Source: Minisyncoccota bacterium | GTDB lineage: Bacteria; Patescibacteriota; Minisyncoccia; UBA6257; UBA9933 | Assembly: GCA_041650415.1 (NCBI GenBank) | Contig: JBAZLC010000003.1 | Span: 2,033 to 66,032, forward strand | Length of the DNA: 64,000 bases | Direction: 5' to 3' | Part shown: positions 1 through 8,165 of the stretch, one piece after another | Layout of the letters: each line of letters opens with the position of its first letter | Position numbering within the stretch: position 1 is the stretch's first letter | The notes under the pieces: model-generated | The model's database searches: none | Told to the model about the DNA's origin: nothing | Seen by the model: the letters and a program-made list of their open reading frames with translations, nothing else | Translations under genes and position numbers: made by a program

Positions 1-692
1 CGGTTGAAGACGCCGCTCTTTCGGCGGGAGCCGCACGGGCTTATTTAGTTGAAGAACCGGTAGCGGCCGCTTTGGGCGCGCGATTGCCTGTGGACGAGCC
101 GACGGCCAGCATGATAGTCGATATGGGCGGAGGAACCACGGAAATAGCCGTTATTTCAATGGGCGGAGTGGTTATCTCGAGAAGTTTGAAAATAGCCGGA
201 GACAAATTAAACGATGATATAATTAAGTTTGTCCGCGACGAATTTAAATTGATGATAGGCGAGCCGACAGCTGAAGAGCTTAAAATGAAAATAGGTTCGG
301 CCATAGCGATGGATGAAAAATTGGAGCTCGCTATTCGTGGCAGAGACATGGCGACCGGATTGCCGAGAGAAGTGATAGTGAAAGGAGGCCATGTCAGAAT
401 GGCGATAAACCGTTCATTGCGTTCGGTGGTTGAGGCGATAAAAGAAACGATAGAAAAAGCGCCGCCGGAGCTTGTCGGAGATATTTTAAAAAACGGAGTT
501 TTTCTTTGCGGTGGCGGAAGTTTATTAAGAGGAATGAGTAATTTAATTCAAAGAGAGATTGCGGTGGAAGCTACAGTCGTGGATGACGCTTTAACATGCG
601 TCGTGCGCGGAGCGGGAATCATTACGGACAACATCGATAAACATTCCAAATTTCTCGCCGGGAGCTTGAAACCGATGGAAATTAATATATAA
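1..692 (+). CDS. mreB: Rod shape-determining protein MreB (5' partial)
   Basis: Frame open from window start (VEDAALSAGA...EEPVAAALG); DMGGGTTEIAVIS and GGGSLL actin-like motifs. Confidence 0.95.
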   Translation, partial: VEDAALSAGAARAYLVEEPVAAALGARLPVDEPTASMIVDMGGGTTEIAVISMGGVVISRSLKIAGDKLNDDIIKFVRDEFKLMIGEPTAEELKMKIGSAIAMDEKLELAIRGRDMATGLPREVIVKGGHVRMAINRSLRSVVEAIKETIEKAPPELVGDILKNGVFLCGGGSLLRGMSNLIQREIAVEATVVDDALTCVVRGAGIITDNIDKHSKFLAGSLKPMEINI

Positions 693-709
693 TATAGGAT
701 TATAAAACT

Positions 710-904
710 ATGGGAGGAGTACCTACAAAACATCACACACGTTCAAAGACCGGGCGACGCCGGTCGCATTTGGCTTTAAAGCCCTCGCAGATTCATGCGT
801 GTTTAAAGTGCGGCTCGCCGATTGTCCCTCATCGATTTTGTTCAAATTGTGGAGACTATAAGGGCAGAGTGTTAAAGAAGCCGAAATTGAAAGTCAAAAA
901 ATAA
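710..904 (+). CDS. rpmF: 50S ribosomal protein L32
   Basis: [17 protein letters not shown]; CxxC...HRFCSNCG zinc motif. Confidence 0.95.
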   Translation: MGGVPTKHHTRSKTGRRRSHLALKPSQIHACLKCGSPIVPHRFCSNCGDYKGRVLKKPKLKVKK

Positions 905-905
905 T

Positions 906-1328
906 ATGGCTACAAGACACTTGGCTCGTTCAATCGTTCTTCAATCGTTGTATGAGTGGGATTTTTATGGCCGCAAAAGCGACCTGCCGAAAATCCTGGA
1001 ACGCAATTTGGAGGAATTTGGACCGGGAATTGACGAAACCGATTTTGTCTGGAAGATAGCAGACGGCATAGTGAAAAATTTCAATAATTTAAATAAGATA
1101 ATAGAAAAATCAGCGCCGGAATGGCCGTTAAGCCAGATTTCAATAATAGACAGGAATGTTTTGAGAATCGGGCTTTACGAATTGATGTTTGCTGACAGGA
1201 GCGAGGTTCCCGCGAAAGTCGCGATAAACGAAGCGATAGAGTTGGCAAAAAATTATGGCGGACCGAATTCGGGCAAATTCATCAATGGAGTTTTGGGAAC
1301 GGTATATAACGAAATGGAGAAAAAATAA
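906..1328 (+). CDS. nusB: Transcription antitermination factor NusB
   Basis: [14 protein letters not shown]; IDRNVLRIG; [11 protein letters not shown]; FINGVLG. Confidence 0.96.
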   Translation: MATRHLARSIVLQSLYEWDFYGRKSDLPKILERNLEEFGPGIDETDFVWKIADGIVKNFNNLNKIIEKSAPEWPLSQISIIDRNVLRIGLYELMFADRSEVPAKVAINEAIELAKNYGGPNSGKFINGVLGTVYNEMEKK

Positions 1329-1342
1329 AAATAATTTAAACA

Positions 1343-1963
1343 ATGAATAAATCAAAAGAAAAATTAGAGAGGTCGTTGGGAATTAAACTCTTTTTAAAAG
1401 GGGACCGTTGTAATTCGCCGAAATGTGCGATGACAAGAAGGCCTAGCCGTCCGGGAGTTCATGGCGCCAAAAGGCGCAGAGCGCCGTCTGAATACGGAGG
1501 ACAGCTTATGGAAAAACAAAGAATGAGAGCTAGTTACGGCCTTAGAGAGGCCCAGCTTGAAGAAATCGTTACCAAGGCCATGGATAAAAAAGGAGCCGGC
1601 GGAGTCGGCAACTCAATAATAGAGACTCTGGAAAGGCAGTTTGCCAATGTTGTTTTCCGTTTGGGACTTGCCAATTCAAGAACCATCGCCAGGCAATTGA
1701 TTACTCACGGGCATTTTTCGGTAAACAAAAAGAAAATAAAAGCGCCGTTTTATCCGTTGAAAGTCGGCGAAGTTATTTCAATAACCCCGAAATCCAAAGA
1801 ACTATTGATTTTTAAAGACCTATCCGATAAACTTAAAAAATACGATACGCCGGAATGGCTTTCTTTGGACAAGGAAAAACTTGAAGGCAAATTGTTGGCC
1901 TTGCCCAGCAACATGGAAATGCCTTTTGATATTAACTTGGTCGTCGACTATTATTCAAAATAA
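1343..1963 (+). CDS. rpsD: 30S ribosomal protein S4
   Basis: KLFLKGDRC, SEYGGQLMEKQ, ARQLITHGH, VVDYYSK. Confidence 0.97.
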   Translation: MNKSKEKLERSLGIKLFLKGDRCNSPKCAMTRRPSRPGVHGAKRRRAPSEYGGQLMEKQRMRASYGLREAQLEEIVTKAMDKKGAGGVGNSIIETLERQFANVVFRLGLANSRTIARQLITHGHFSVNKKKIKAPFYPLKVGEVISITPKSKELLIFKDLSDKLKKYDTPEWLSLDKEKLEGKLLALPSNMEMPFDINLVVDYYSK

Positions 1964-1974
1964 TTTATAAACTT

Positions 1975-2757
1975 ATGGAATACGCACGTTTAAGCGATAC
2001 TGTAAAAATTAAGAAAATTTCCGAAACCGAAAAGGAGGGAGTTTTTGAAGTTGAAGGACTTTACACCGGATACGGCCTTACTTTGGGCAACGCTTTAAGG
2101 AGAGCACTTCTTTCTTCTTTGCCGGGCGCAGCGGTCACTCAAATAAAAATTAAAGGAGCGGAACATGAATTTTCCACGCTTCCGGGAATTTTGGAAGATA
2201 TAGTCGAGATAACGTTAAATCTGAAAAAGGTTCGTTTTCATTTCTACGCTTCCGAGCCGCAAATTTTAACCTTAAGAGTTAAGGGCGAAAAAGAAGTTAC
2301 CGCCGCCGACATAAAAGGCAACGCCCAGGTTGAAATCGTCAATCCTGAAGCGCATATCGCCACTTTGACCAATAAAAACGCGGAATTGGAAATGGAAATT
2401 ACGGTTGATAAAGGAGCCGGATACGTTTCGGCCGAAGCGCGCAAAACGGAAAAACTTCCGATTAAAACAATCGCCGTAGACGCGATTTTCTCGCCCGTGG
2501 TTAAAGTTAATTTCTCGATTGAAAATATGCGCGTCGGCGACAGAACGGATTTCAACAGACTGAAAATTGAAATCGAAACAGACGGCAGCATTTATCCTTC
2601 AAGCGCTTTGCGCAAAGCTTCGAATATTTTGAAAGACCATTTCGAAAAAATGGCGGAAATCGAAGTCATGGAAGATGAAAATGAACCCGCCGAGGAAGAA
2701 GCCAAAGAAGAAAAATTGGAAAAGAAAGAAAAGAAAACAAAAAAGAAGAAAGCGTAA
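1975..2757 (+). CDS. rpoA: RNA polymerase alpha subunit (N-terminal domain plus charged tail, no alpha-CTD)
   Basis: GYGLTLGNALRRALLSSLPGAAVT, HEFSTLPG, VDAIFSPV, RVGDRTDF; only 260 aa. Confidence 0.97.
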   Translation: MEYARLSDTVKIKKISETEKEGVFEVEGLYTGYGLTLGNALRRALLSSLPGAAVTQIKIKGAEHEFSTLPGILEDIVEITLNLKKVRFHFYASEPQILTLRVKGEKEVTAADIKGNAQVEIVNPEAHIATLTNKNAELEMEITVDKGAGYVSAEARKTEKLPIKTIAVDAIFSPVVKVNFSIENMRVGDRTDFNRLKIEIETDGSIYPSSALRKASNILKDHFEKMAEIEVMEDENEPAEEEAKEEKLEKKEKKTKKKKA

Positions 2758-2760
2758 TTT

Positions 2761-3111
2761 ATGAAACACTTAAGCTCCAACAGAAAATTCCATCGCAAAA
2801 AAGGGCAGCGAAAAGCCCTTTTTAAAAGCTTGGCTGACAATTTCATTTTGAAAGAAAAAATGGAAACTACTGAAGCTAAAGCCAAAGAAACTCGTACCAG
2901 AGTTGAAAAATTTATCACTCTTGGCAAGAAGCAAAATTTGGCGAGTTTTAGAATTTTGATGTCCAGATTGAATAAAAAAGCCGCCGAAAAAGTTTATTTT
3001 GATTTGGCTCCGCGCTATAAAGACAGAAAAGGCGGATTCACCAGAATAACGAAATCGGCCGTTCAAAGGAAAAAAGACGGAGCAAAAACGGCAATAATAG
3101 AGTTTGTTTAA
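2761..3111 (+). CDS. rplQ: 50S ribosomal protein L17
   Basis: ETTEAKAKE, VEKFITLGK, RKGGFTRI; follows rpoA. Confidence 0.97.
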   Translation: MKHLSSNRKFHRKKGQRKALFKSLADNFILKEKMETTEAKAKETRTRVEKFITLGKKQNLASFRILMSRLNKKAAEKVYFDLAPRYKDRKGGFTRITKSAVQRKKDGAKTAIIEFV

Positions 3112-3123
3112 ACCGGTGTGGGG

Positions 3124-3151
3124 TTGACAACAACACAATAAATAATATAAT
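3124..3151 (+). promoter_or_regulatory. sigma70-type promoter for tuf
   Basis: TTGACA (3124-3129), 16 nt, TATAAT (3146-3151). Confidence 0.75.
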
Positions 3152-3202
3152 TAAAAGCGTCGCGTAAAAAAACGTAAAAAATAAATAACGAAACGTGGAT
3201 CC

Positions 3203-3261
3203 TGAAATATGAAACAAACTGGATTAAACAATGTTTCAAATTTCAAGTTTTAAGTTTCAAA
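3203..3261. repeat. Heptamer-based inverted/tandem repeat in tuf leader
   Basis: TTTCAAA TTTCAAG TTTTAAG TTTCAAA (3234-3261), with TGAAATATGAAACA (3203-3216) complementary to its 5' part. Confidence 0.6.
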
Positions 3262-3268
3262 AAAAACA

Positions 3269-4468
3269 ATGGCTGAAAAAGCAAAATTTGATAGAAGCAA
3301 GCCGCACGTAAACGTCGGCACAATAGGACACGTCGACCACGGCAAGACAACTTTGACCGCGGCGATTATGCATATCCTTAAATTAAAAGGTCTTATTGAA
3401 AAAGAAGAGGGAGTCAATCAAATTGACAACGCGCCCGAAGAAAAGGCTCGTGGAATTACGATTGCCTTGCACCACTCGGAATATCAATCGGAAAAAAGGC
3501 ATTATGCCCACATCGATGCTCCGGGACACGCGGATTACATTAAGAACATGATAACCGGCGCGGCGCAGATGGATGGTGCGATTTTGGTCGTTGCCGCCAC
3601 CGATGGTCCGATGCCTCAAACAAGAGAACACATTCTTTTGGCTTACAACGTAGGCGTTCCGAAGATGGTTGTATTTTTGAACAAGTGCGATATGGTGGAT
3701 GATCCGGAACTTATCGACTTGGTTGAAAGCGAAATTCGCGAACTTTTGAAGAAATATAATTTCCCCGGAGACGAAACTCCGATAATCAGAGGTTCGGCGC
3801 TTAAAGCTCTTGAAGCGAAATCCGCCGATGATGAAGATGCCAAGCCGATTCTTGAACTTATCAAAGCTCTTGACGATTACATTCCGGAGCCGGTCAGGGG
3901 CACCGATAAACCGTTCTTGATGCCGGTTGAAGATATTTTCTCGATTGAAGGAAGAGGAACAGTCGTTACCGGAAAAGTTGAAAGAGGAATCGTGAAAGTA
4001 AACGAAGAAATCGAAGTTATCGGTATTAAACCGACGCAAAAGACGGTTGTTACCGGGATCGAAATGTTTAATAAACTTCTCGATGAAGGAAAAGCCGGAG
4101 ACAACGTTGGAATTTTGCTCCGCGGACTCAAGAAAGAGGACGTTGAGCGCGGCCAGGTTATTGCCAAGCCGGGAAGCGTTACTCCGCACTCTGAATTCAC
4201 GGCGGAAGTTTACGTTTTGAGCAAAGAGGAAGGAGGCAGACATACACCGTTCTTCAAAGGTTATAAACCGCAATTCTACATCAGAACAACCGATGTTACC
4301 GGAGAAGCCGTTTTGCCGGAAGGCGTTGAAATGGTTATGCCGGGCGACACCGTAAATTTGACGGTTAAGCTTATAGCGCCGGTTGCTTTGGAAGAAAAAC
4401 AAAGGTTCGCTATTCGCGAAGGCGGAAAGACGGTTGGCGCTGGTTCAGTAACAAAAATCTTAAAATAA
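3269..4468 (+). CDS. tuf: Elongation factor Tu
   Basis: [39 protein letters not shown]. Confidence 0.99.
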   Translation: MAEKAKFDRSKPHVNVGTIGHVDHGKTTLTAAIMHILKLKGLIEKEEGVNQIDNAPEEKARGITIALHHSEYQSEKRHYAHIDAPGHADYIKNMITGAAQMDGAILVVAATDGPMPQTREHILLAYNVGVPKMVVFLNKCDMVDDPELIDLVESEIRELLKKYNFPGDETPIIRGSALKALEAKSADDEDAKPILELIKALDDYIPEPVRGTDKPFLMPVEDIFSIEGRGTVVTGKVERGIVKVNEEIEVIGIKPTQKTVVTGIEMFNKLLDEGKAGDNVGILLRGLKKEDVERGQVIAKPGSVTPHSEFTAEVYVLSKEEGGRHTPFFKGYKPQFYIRTTDVTGEAVLPEGVEMVMPGDTVNLTVKLIAPVALEEKQRFAIREGGKTVGAGSVTKILK

Positions 4469-4491
4469 AAATATAAAATAGCACATTGGAC

Positions 4492-4824
4492 ATGGCCAAA
4501 AAAAAGGAAGAATTAGAACAAGGCAAAATAAGGTTGCGGGTTAAATCGTACGACCACAAGCTGATAGACAATTCTTTAAAGCAGATTATAGACATCGCTT
4601 TGAGGAATGGCGCGGAAGTGGTTGGTCCGATTCCTTTGCCGACCGAATTTAAAAAGTATACGGTTAACCGTTCAACTTTCGTTCATAAAAATTCCCGCGA
4701 GCAATTCGAACTTCGTGTCCATAAGCGTTTAATAGATATTTTGACTCCGAGTCCGAAAATAATAGAAGCTTTGTCGAGTCTGACATTGCCGGCAGGAGTA
4801 GAAATCGAAATCAAAATGGCATAA
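4492..4824 (+). CDS. rpsJ: 30S ribosomal protein S10 (NusE)
   Basis: KIRLRVKSYDH, GPIPLPT, SREQFELRVHKRLIDI; ATG 4492 preferred over TTG 4486. Confidence 0.97.
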   Translation: MAKKKEELEQGKIRLRVKSYDHKLIDNSLKQIIDIALRNGAEVVGPIPLPTEFKKYTVNRSTFVHKNSREQFELRVHKRLIDILTPSPKIIEALSSLTLPAGVEIEIKMA

Positions 4825-4829
4825 AGCCA

Positions 4830-4866
4830 AAAAAAGATTCCCCGAACAGGGGAGTCTTTTTTATTT
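4830..4866 (+). terminator. Intrinsic terminator after rpsJ
   Basis: AAAAAAGATTCCCC-gaaca-GGGGAGTCTTTTTT. Confidence 0.8.
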
Positions 4867-4910
4867 CGCATATTATTTCCTCTTCACCGCGCTCCGGCGT
4901 AAGTGAGTTC

Positions 4911-5066
4911 AGAAAATTTAATTTTCCCTTAACCCGCTTCGCCCCGTCCAGCGCGGGGCTCGCTAGTCCTCGCGACGGCGAGATTTTATTGGTCGCTTCG
5001 CTTCCGAATTATAATAAAACCACCAAGCTCGCCTGCTGCGGGGTTTCGGAGAAAACAAAATTTTCT
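4911..5066. repeat. Long imperfect inverted repeat (hairpin element A)
   Basis: AGAAAATTT/AAATTTTCT, GGCGAG/CTCGCC and TTTTATT/AATAAAA nested pairs; GCTTCGC at 4936 and 4995. Confidence 0.65.
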
Positions 5067-5079
5067 TCTCAAAATACAG

Positions 5080-5272
5080 AATAAACCTTTTTCATAGCCA
5101 GCATTTTGGAGCGAGGTTATAAATTGATGAGCGAAAGGGAAAAAAGCGGGAAAATTGCGTTGTTTGAATCCCGAAGCGTAGCGAAGGTTGAGTTCGCTAT
5201 TTTCCGTCGGTTTTTTACTTTGAGCGAATACAATTTATCCGAGCGGAAAACGCTGGCGGGAAAAGATTTATT
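5080..5272. repeat. Long imperfect inverted repeat (hairpin element B)
   Basis: GCCAGC/GCTGGC, ATAAATTG/CAATTTAT and GGAAAAT/ATTTTCC nested pairs; apex CGAAGCGTAGCGAAG. Confidence 0.65.
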
Positions 5273-5281
5273 TGAATGGGG

Positions 5282-5310
5282 TTGACAAATGCCATTTCTT
5301 TGAGTATAAT
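5282..5310 (+). promoter_or_regulatory. Perfect-consensus sigma70 promoter driving a small RNA
   Basis: TTGACA, 17 nt, TATAAT. Confidence 0.85.
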
Positions 5311-5316
5311 GTAGCC

Positions 5317-5409
5317 AGTGAGTGTGAATTTTCCTTGTTGCCAAGACGCAAGTCGCGGCAAAATTCAAGGAATATTTATCCAGTCCCCCCGCGAAAGCGG
5401 GGGGTTTTT
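5317..5409 (+). ncRNA. Putative ~90-nt small RNA, family unknown
   Basis: Lies between a consensus promoter and terminator CCCCCCGC-GAAA-GCGGGGGG-TTTTT; internal hairpin TTCCTTG/CAAGGAA, TTGCC/GGCAA, GAC-GCAA-GTC; no credible ORF. Confidence 0.7.
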
Positions 5410-5447
5410 GTTGTTGCGAAAATTAGGCAAATACAGCATAATTATCT

Positions 5448-5600
5448 TGCGGCTGCAAGAGAGCACTCACTGCTTTTTATGCCTAAGTGGCCACGAGAGA
5501 GCACTCACTAAACAAAAAAACTGGAGGTCACCATCGTGGCCACTTAGGTAGTAAAAACTGGCGGCGTTCGCCGCCATTGCAGCCGCATAATGGAGACCTC
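5448..5600. other. Nested hairpin with duplicated 13-nt loop sequence and possible pseudoknot
   Basis: 11-bp stem 5448-5458/5577-5587; 15-bp stem 5482-5496/5534-5548; GAGAGCACTCACT at 5459 and 5497. Confidence 0.65.
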
Positions 5601-5617
5601 GAAAAAGCCAATTGGCA

Positions 5618-5646
5618 TTGACTTATTTTTTGCGATTTGCTATATT
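5618..5646 (+). promoter_or_regulatory. Promoter for the rplC-led operon
   Basis: TTGACT, 17 nt, TATATT with TG extension; leader hairpin ACAGCCGG..CTGGCTGT near 5733-5754. Confidence 0.65.
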
Positions 5647-5770
5647 TAGCTTCAATATAATGTTGAGTTTTTCAGTTAAAAGTTTATAATCAGTTTTTAG
5701 GATTTAGCCCAAAATAATTAAAATTATTTGAGACAGCCGGCTAAACCTGGCTGTTTTAAATTGACTCGAG

Positions 5771-6370
5771 ATGGCATTCATTTTAGGAAAAAAATTAAAA
5801 ATGTCCCAAATTTGGAAAGATGAAAAAATCATTCCGGTGACGCTTGTTGAAGCCGGCCCGGTTACGGTTACCCAAATCAGAACAAAAGAAAAAGACGGTT
5901 ATGAAGCCGTTCAGGTTGGTTTCGGAAATAAGAAGGAAAAGAACGTTAAAAAGCCCCAAAGAGGCCAATTTGGGAAGCTTGGAAATTTTCAATACGTAAA
6001 AGAATTCAAAGCTGATGGCGATTTTAACGTCGGAGACGTTTTAAACGTCAGCCAATTCAAAGAAGGCGATAAAATAAAAGTCAGCGGTTTGAATAAAGGC
6101 AGAGGATTTCAAGGCGGAGTAAAAAGACACGGCTTTAGCGGCGGTCCGAAGACTCACGGTCAGAAAAATCGTTTACGCGCTCCGGGTTCCATCGGTTCGA
6201 CGGCTCCTCAAAGGGTTATGCCGGGCAGGAGAATGGCGGGCAGAATGGGCCAGGAAAGAATAACGGTTAAAAATTTGAAAGTCGCCGCGATAGACGAAAA
6301 AAAGAATATTTTAATGGTAAGAGGAGCCGTGCCCGGAATGAGAGGTACGTTGCTTGAAATAAAAATTTAA
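5771..6370 (+). CDS. rplC: 50S ribosomal protein L3
   Basis: DGYEAVQVG, KGRGFQGGVKRHGF, RAPGSIG. Confidence 0.98.
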   Translation: MAFILGKKLKMSQIWKDEKIIPVTLVEAGPVTVTQIRTKEKDGYEAVQVGFGNKKEKNVKKPQRGQFGKLGNFQYVKEFKADGDFNVGDVLNVSQFKEGDKIKVSGLNKGRGFQGGVKRHGFSGGPKTHGQKNRLRAPGSIGSTAPQRVMPGRRMAGRMGQERITVKNLKVAAIDEKKNILMVRGAVPGMRGTLLEIKI

Positions 6371-6374
6371 AAAT

Positions 6375-6998
6375 ATGAAAGTTGAAGTTTTTGATAAACA
6401 AAACAATAAGATTGGAGAAATCGATTTGCCGGAAAGAATTTTCGGATTGAAATGGAATGCTGACCTGGTTCACCAGGCGCTTATCGCGCAATTGGGAAAC
6501 AGCCGCGAGCCGTTGGCGCATGCCAAAGGCAGGGGCGAAGTCCGGGGAGGAGGCAAAAAGCCGTGGAAACAAAAAGGCACGGGCCGCGCAAGGCACGGTT
6601 CAATCCGCTCGCCGATTTGGAAAGGCGGCGGCGTAACTTTCGGTCCAAACAAAGAAAGAAATTTCAGCAAGAAAATAAATGCCAAAATGAATCGTTTGGC
6701 GATTTTCACCGTTTTGTCGAGAAAAGTTAAGGATAATGATTTGAAAGTCGTTGAAAGTTTTGCTGCAGTGGCGGATAAAACGAAAGACTGGAATACTTTC
6801 TTGAAAGGCATGATTGATTTGAGGTCAAAAGCTTTGATAATTCCGACAGCGGAAAATAATATCAATAAAACGATTTCAAACATAAAAAATGTCAGTTCAA
6901 TAAACCCGAAATCGTTGAACGTCCGCGATTTATTGAAGGCAAAAAACATAATTATTGAAAAACAAACGGTAAGCGATATAGAAAAACATTATAAATAA
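6375..6998 (+). CDS. rplD: 50S ribosomal protein L4
   Basis: RGEVRGGGKKPWKQKGTGRARHGSIRSP. Confidence 0.98.
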   Translation: MKVEVFDKQNNKIGEIDLPERIFGLKWNADLVHQALIAQLGNSREPLAHAKGRGEVRGGGKKPWKQKGTGRARHGSIRSPIWKGGGVTFGPNKERNFSKKINAKMNRLAIFTVLSRKVKDNDLKVVESFAAVADKTKDWNTFLKGMIDLRSKALIIPTAENNINKTISNIKNVSSINPKSLNVRDLLKAKNIIIEKQTVSDIEKHYK

Positions 6999-7000
6999 AC

Positions 7001-7309
7001 ATGGCGATTTCAACAGGAAAAAATAAAAATGGTTCGGTCATGCTGATAAAGCAGCCGTGGATTACCGAAAAAGCCGTTAATGCGGGCGCTTTAAGGAAAT
7101 ACGTTTTTATGGTTGATGATAAAGCCAACAAGCCCGAAGTTAAAAAGATGATAGAAAAAATTTATTCCGTTAAAGTCGCCGATGTGAATATTACGAACAC
7201 CAAAGGAAAAACCAAAAGGCTCGGCAGAAGCATGGGCAAAACTTCAGGTTTTAAAAAAGCGATAATCACGCTTAAAGAAGGAAATACTATAGATATAATG
7301 CCAAAATAA
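7001..7309 (+). CDS. rplW: 50S ribosomal protein L23
   Basis: PWITEKA, ANKPEVK, FKKAIITLKEG. Confidence 0.96.
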   Translation: MAISTGKNKNGSVMLIKQPWITEKAVNAGALRKYVFMVDDKANKPEVKKMIEKIYSVKVADVNITNTKGKTKRLGRSMGKTSGFKKAIITLKEGNTIDIMPK

Positions 7310-7322
7310 ATAAATTAGAGAT

Positions 7323-8153
7323 ATGAAAAAATACAGTCCTACAAGTCCATCAAGAAGAGCTATGACAACCGTTAACTACGGTGTTTTAAGTGGAGCCAAA
7401 CCGCTCAAGAAATTATTAAAAAACTTGAAGAGCCATTCCGGAAGAAATAATCAGGGCAAGGTTACGATGAGGCATCAGGGCGGCGGAGTGAAACAGCTTT
7501 ACAGAATGGTAGATTTCAAGCAGAATAAGTTAAACGTCCCCGCTAAAATTGAAGGATTGGAATATGATCCATATAGAACTTCTTTTATAGCCCGTCTTTT
7601 GTATAAAGATGGTGAAAGGAGTTATATTCTGGCTTCAAAGAATATGAAAGCCGGAGACGAAATAATAGCCGCTGAAAACGCGCCGTTGAAAGAAGGAAAC
7701 AGATTAAGATTGAAAAATATTCCGGTTGGCTATTTTGTTTTTAACGTTGAAATAGACAGAAACAAAGGAGGACAAATGGCGAGGTCTGCCGGTTCTTACG
7801 CCGAAGTTTTGGCGCAGGAAAACGGATACACCAACCTGAAATTGTCTTCGGGAGAAGTCAGAAAACTTTCCTGGGAGAATTTCGCTTCTTTGGGACAAAC
7901 TTCCAATTCAGACCATAATCTTACCGTTATCGGAAAAGCCGGCCGTTCAAGAATGATGGGTATCAGACCTACGGTTCGCGGTTCGGCTATGAATCCCGTC
8001 GATCATCCGTATGGAGGAGGCGAAGGAAGAGGACCGAGAGGCACCAAGAGGCCGAAGACGTTGTGGGGCAAGATTACTGGAGGAAGAAAAACGAGAAAGA
8101 AAAAGAAATGGTCAAATAAAATGATAATTAAACGCAGAGGTAAAAAAAGGTAA
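7323..8153 (+). CDS. rplB: 50S ribosomal protein L2
   Basis: GRNNQGKVTMRHQGGG, RPTVRGSAMNPVDHPYGGGEG. Confidence 0.98.
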   Translation: MKKYSPTSPSRRAMTTVNYGVLSGAKPLKKLLKNLKSHSGRNNQGKVTMRHQGGGVKQLYRMVDFKQNKLNVPAKIEGLEYDPYRTSFIARLLYKDGERSYILASKNMKAGDEIIAAENAPLKEGNRLRLKNIPVGYFVFNVEIDRNKGGQMARSAGSYAEVLAQENGYTNLKLSSGEVRKLSWENFASLGQTSNSDHNLTVIGKAGRSRMMGIRPTVRGSAMNPVDHPYGGGEGRGPRGTKRPKTLWGKITGGRKTRKKKKWSNKMIIKRRGKKR

Positions 8154-8165
8154 AAATAAAAAAAC

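Noticed and set aside
3383-4402. 339-aa minus-strand ORF (and similar ones opposite pyrFE and ribosomal genes)
   Set aside because: Antisense shadow of tuf caused by codon bias.
5117-5551. ORF-track ORFs in the rpsJ-rplC spacer
   Set aside because: Non-ATG starts, no recognisable motifs, and they run across a promoter and terminator.
5448-5600. IS110 bridge RNA, TIGR array or mini-CRISPR
   Set aside because: Only two 13-nt repeats, no repeat-spacer periodicity, and no recombinase, Nop-domain or Cas gene in the window.
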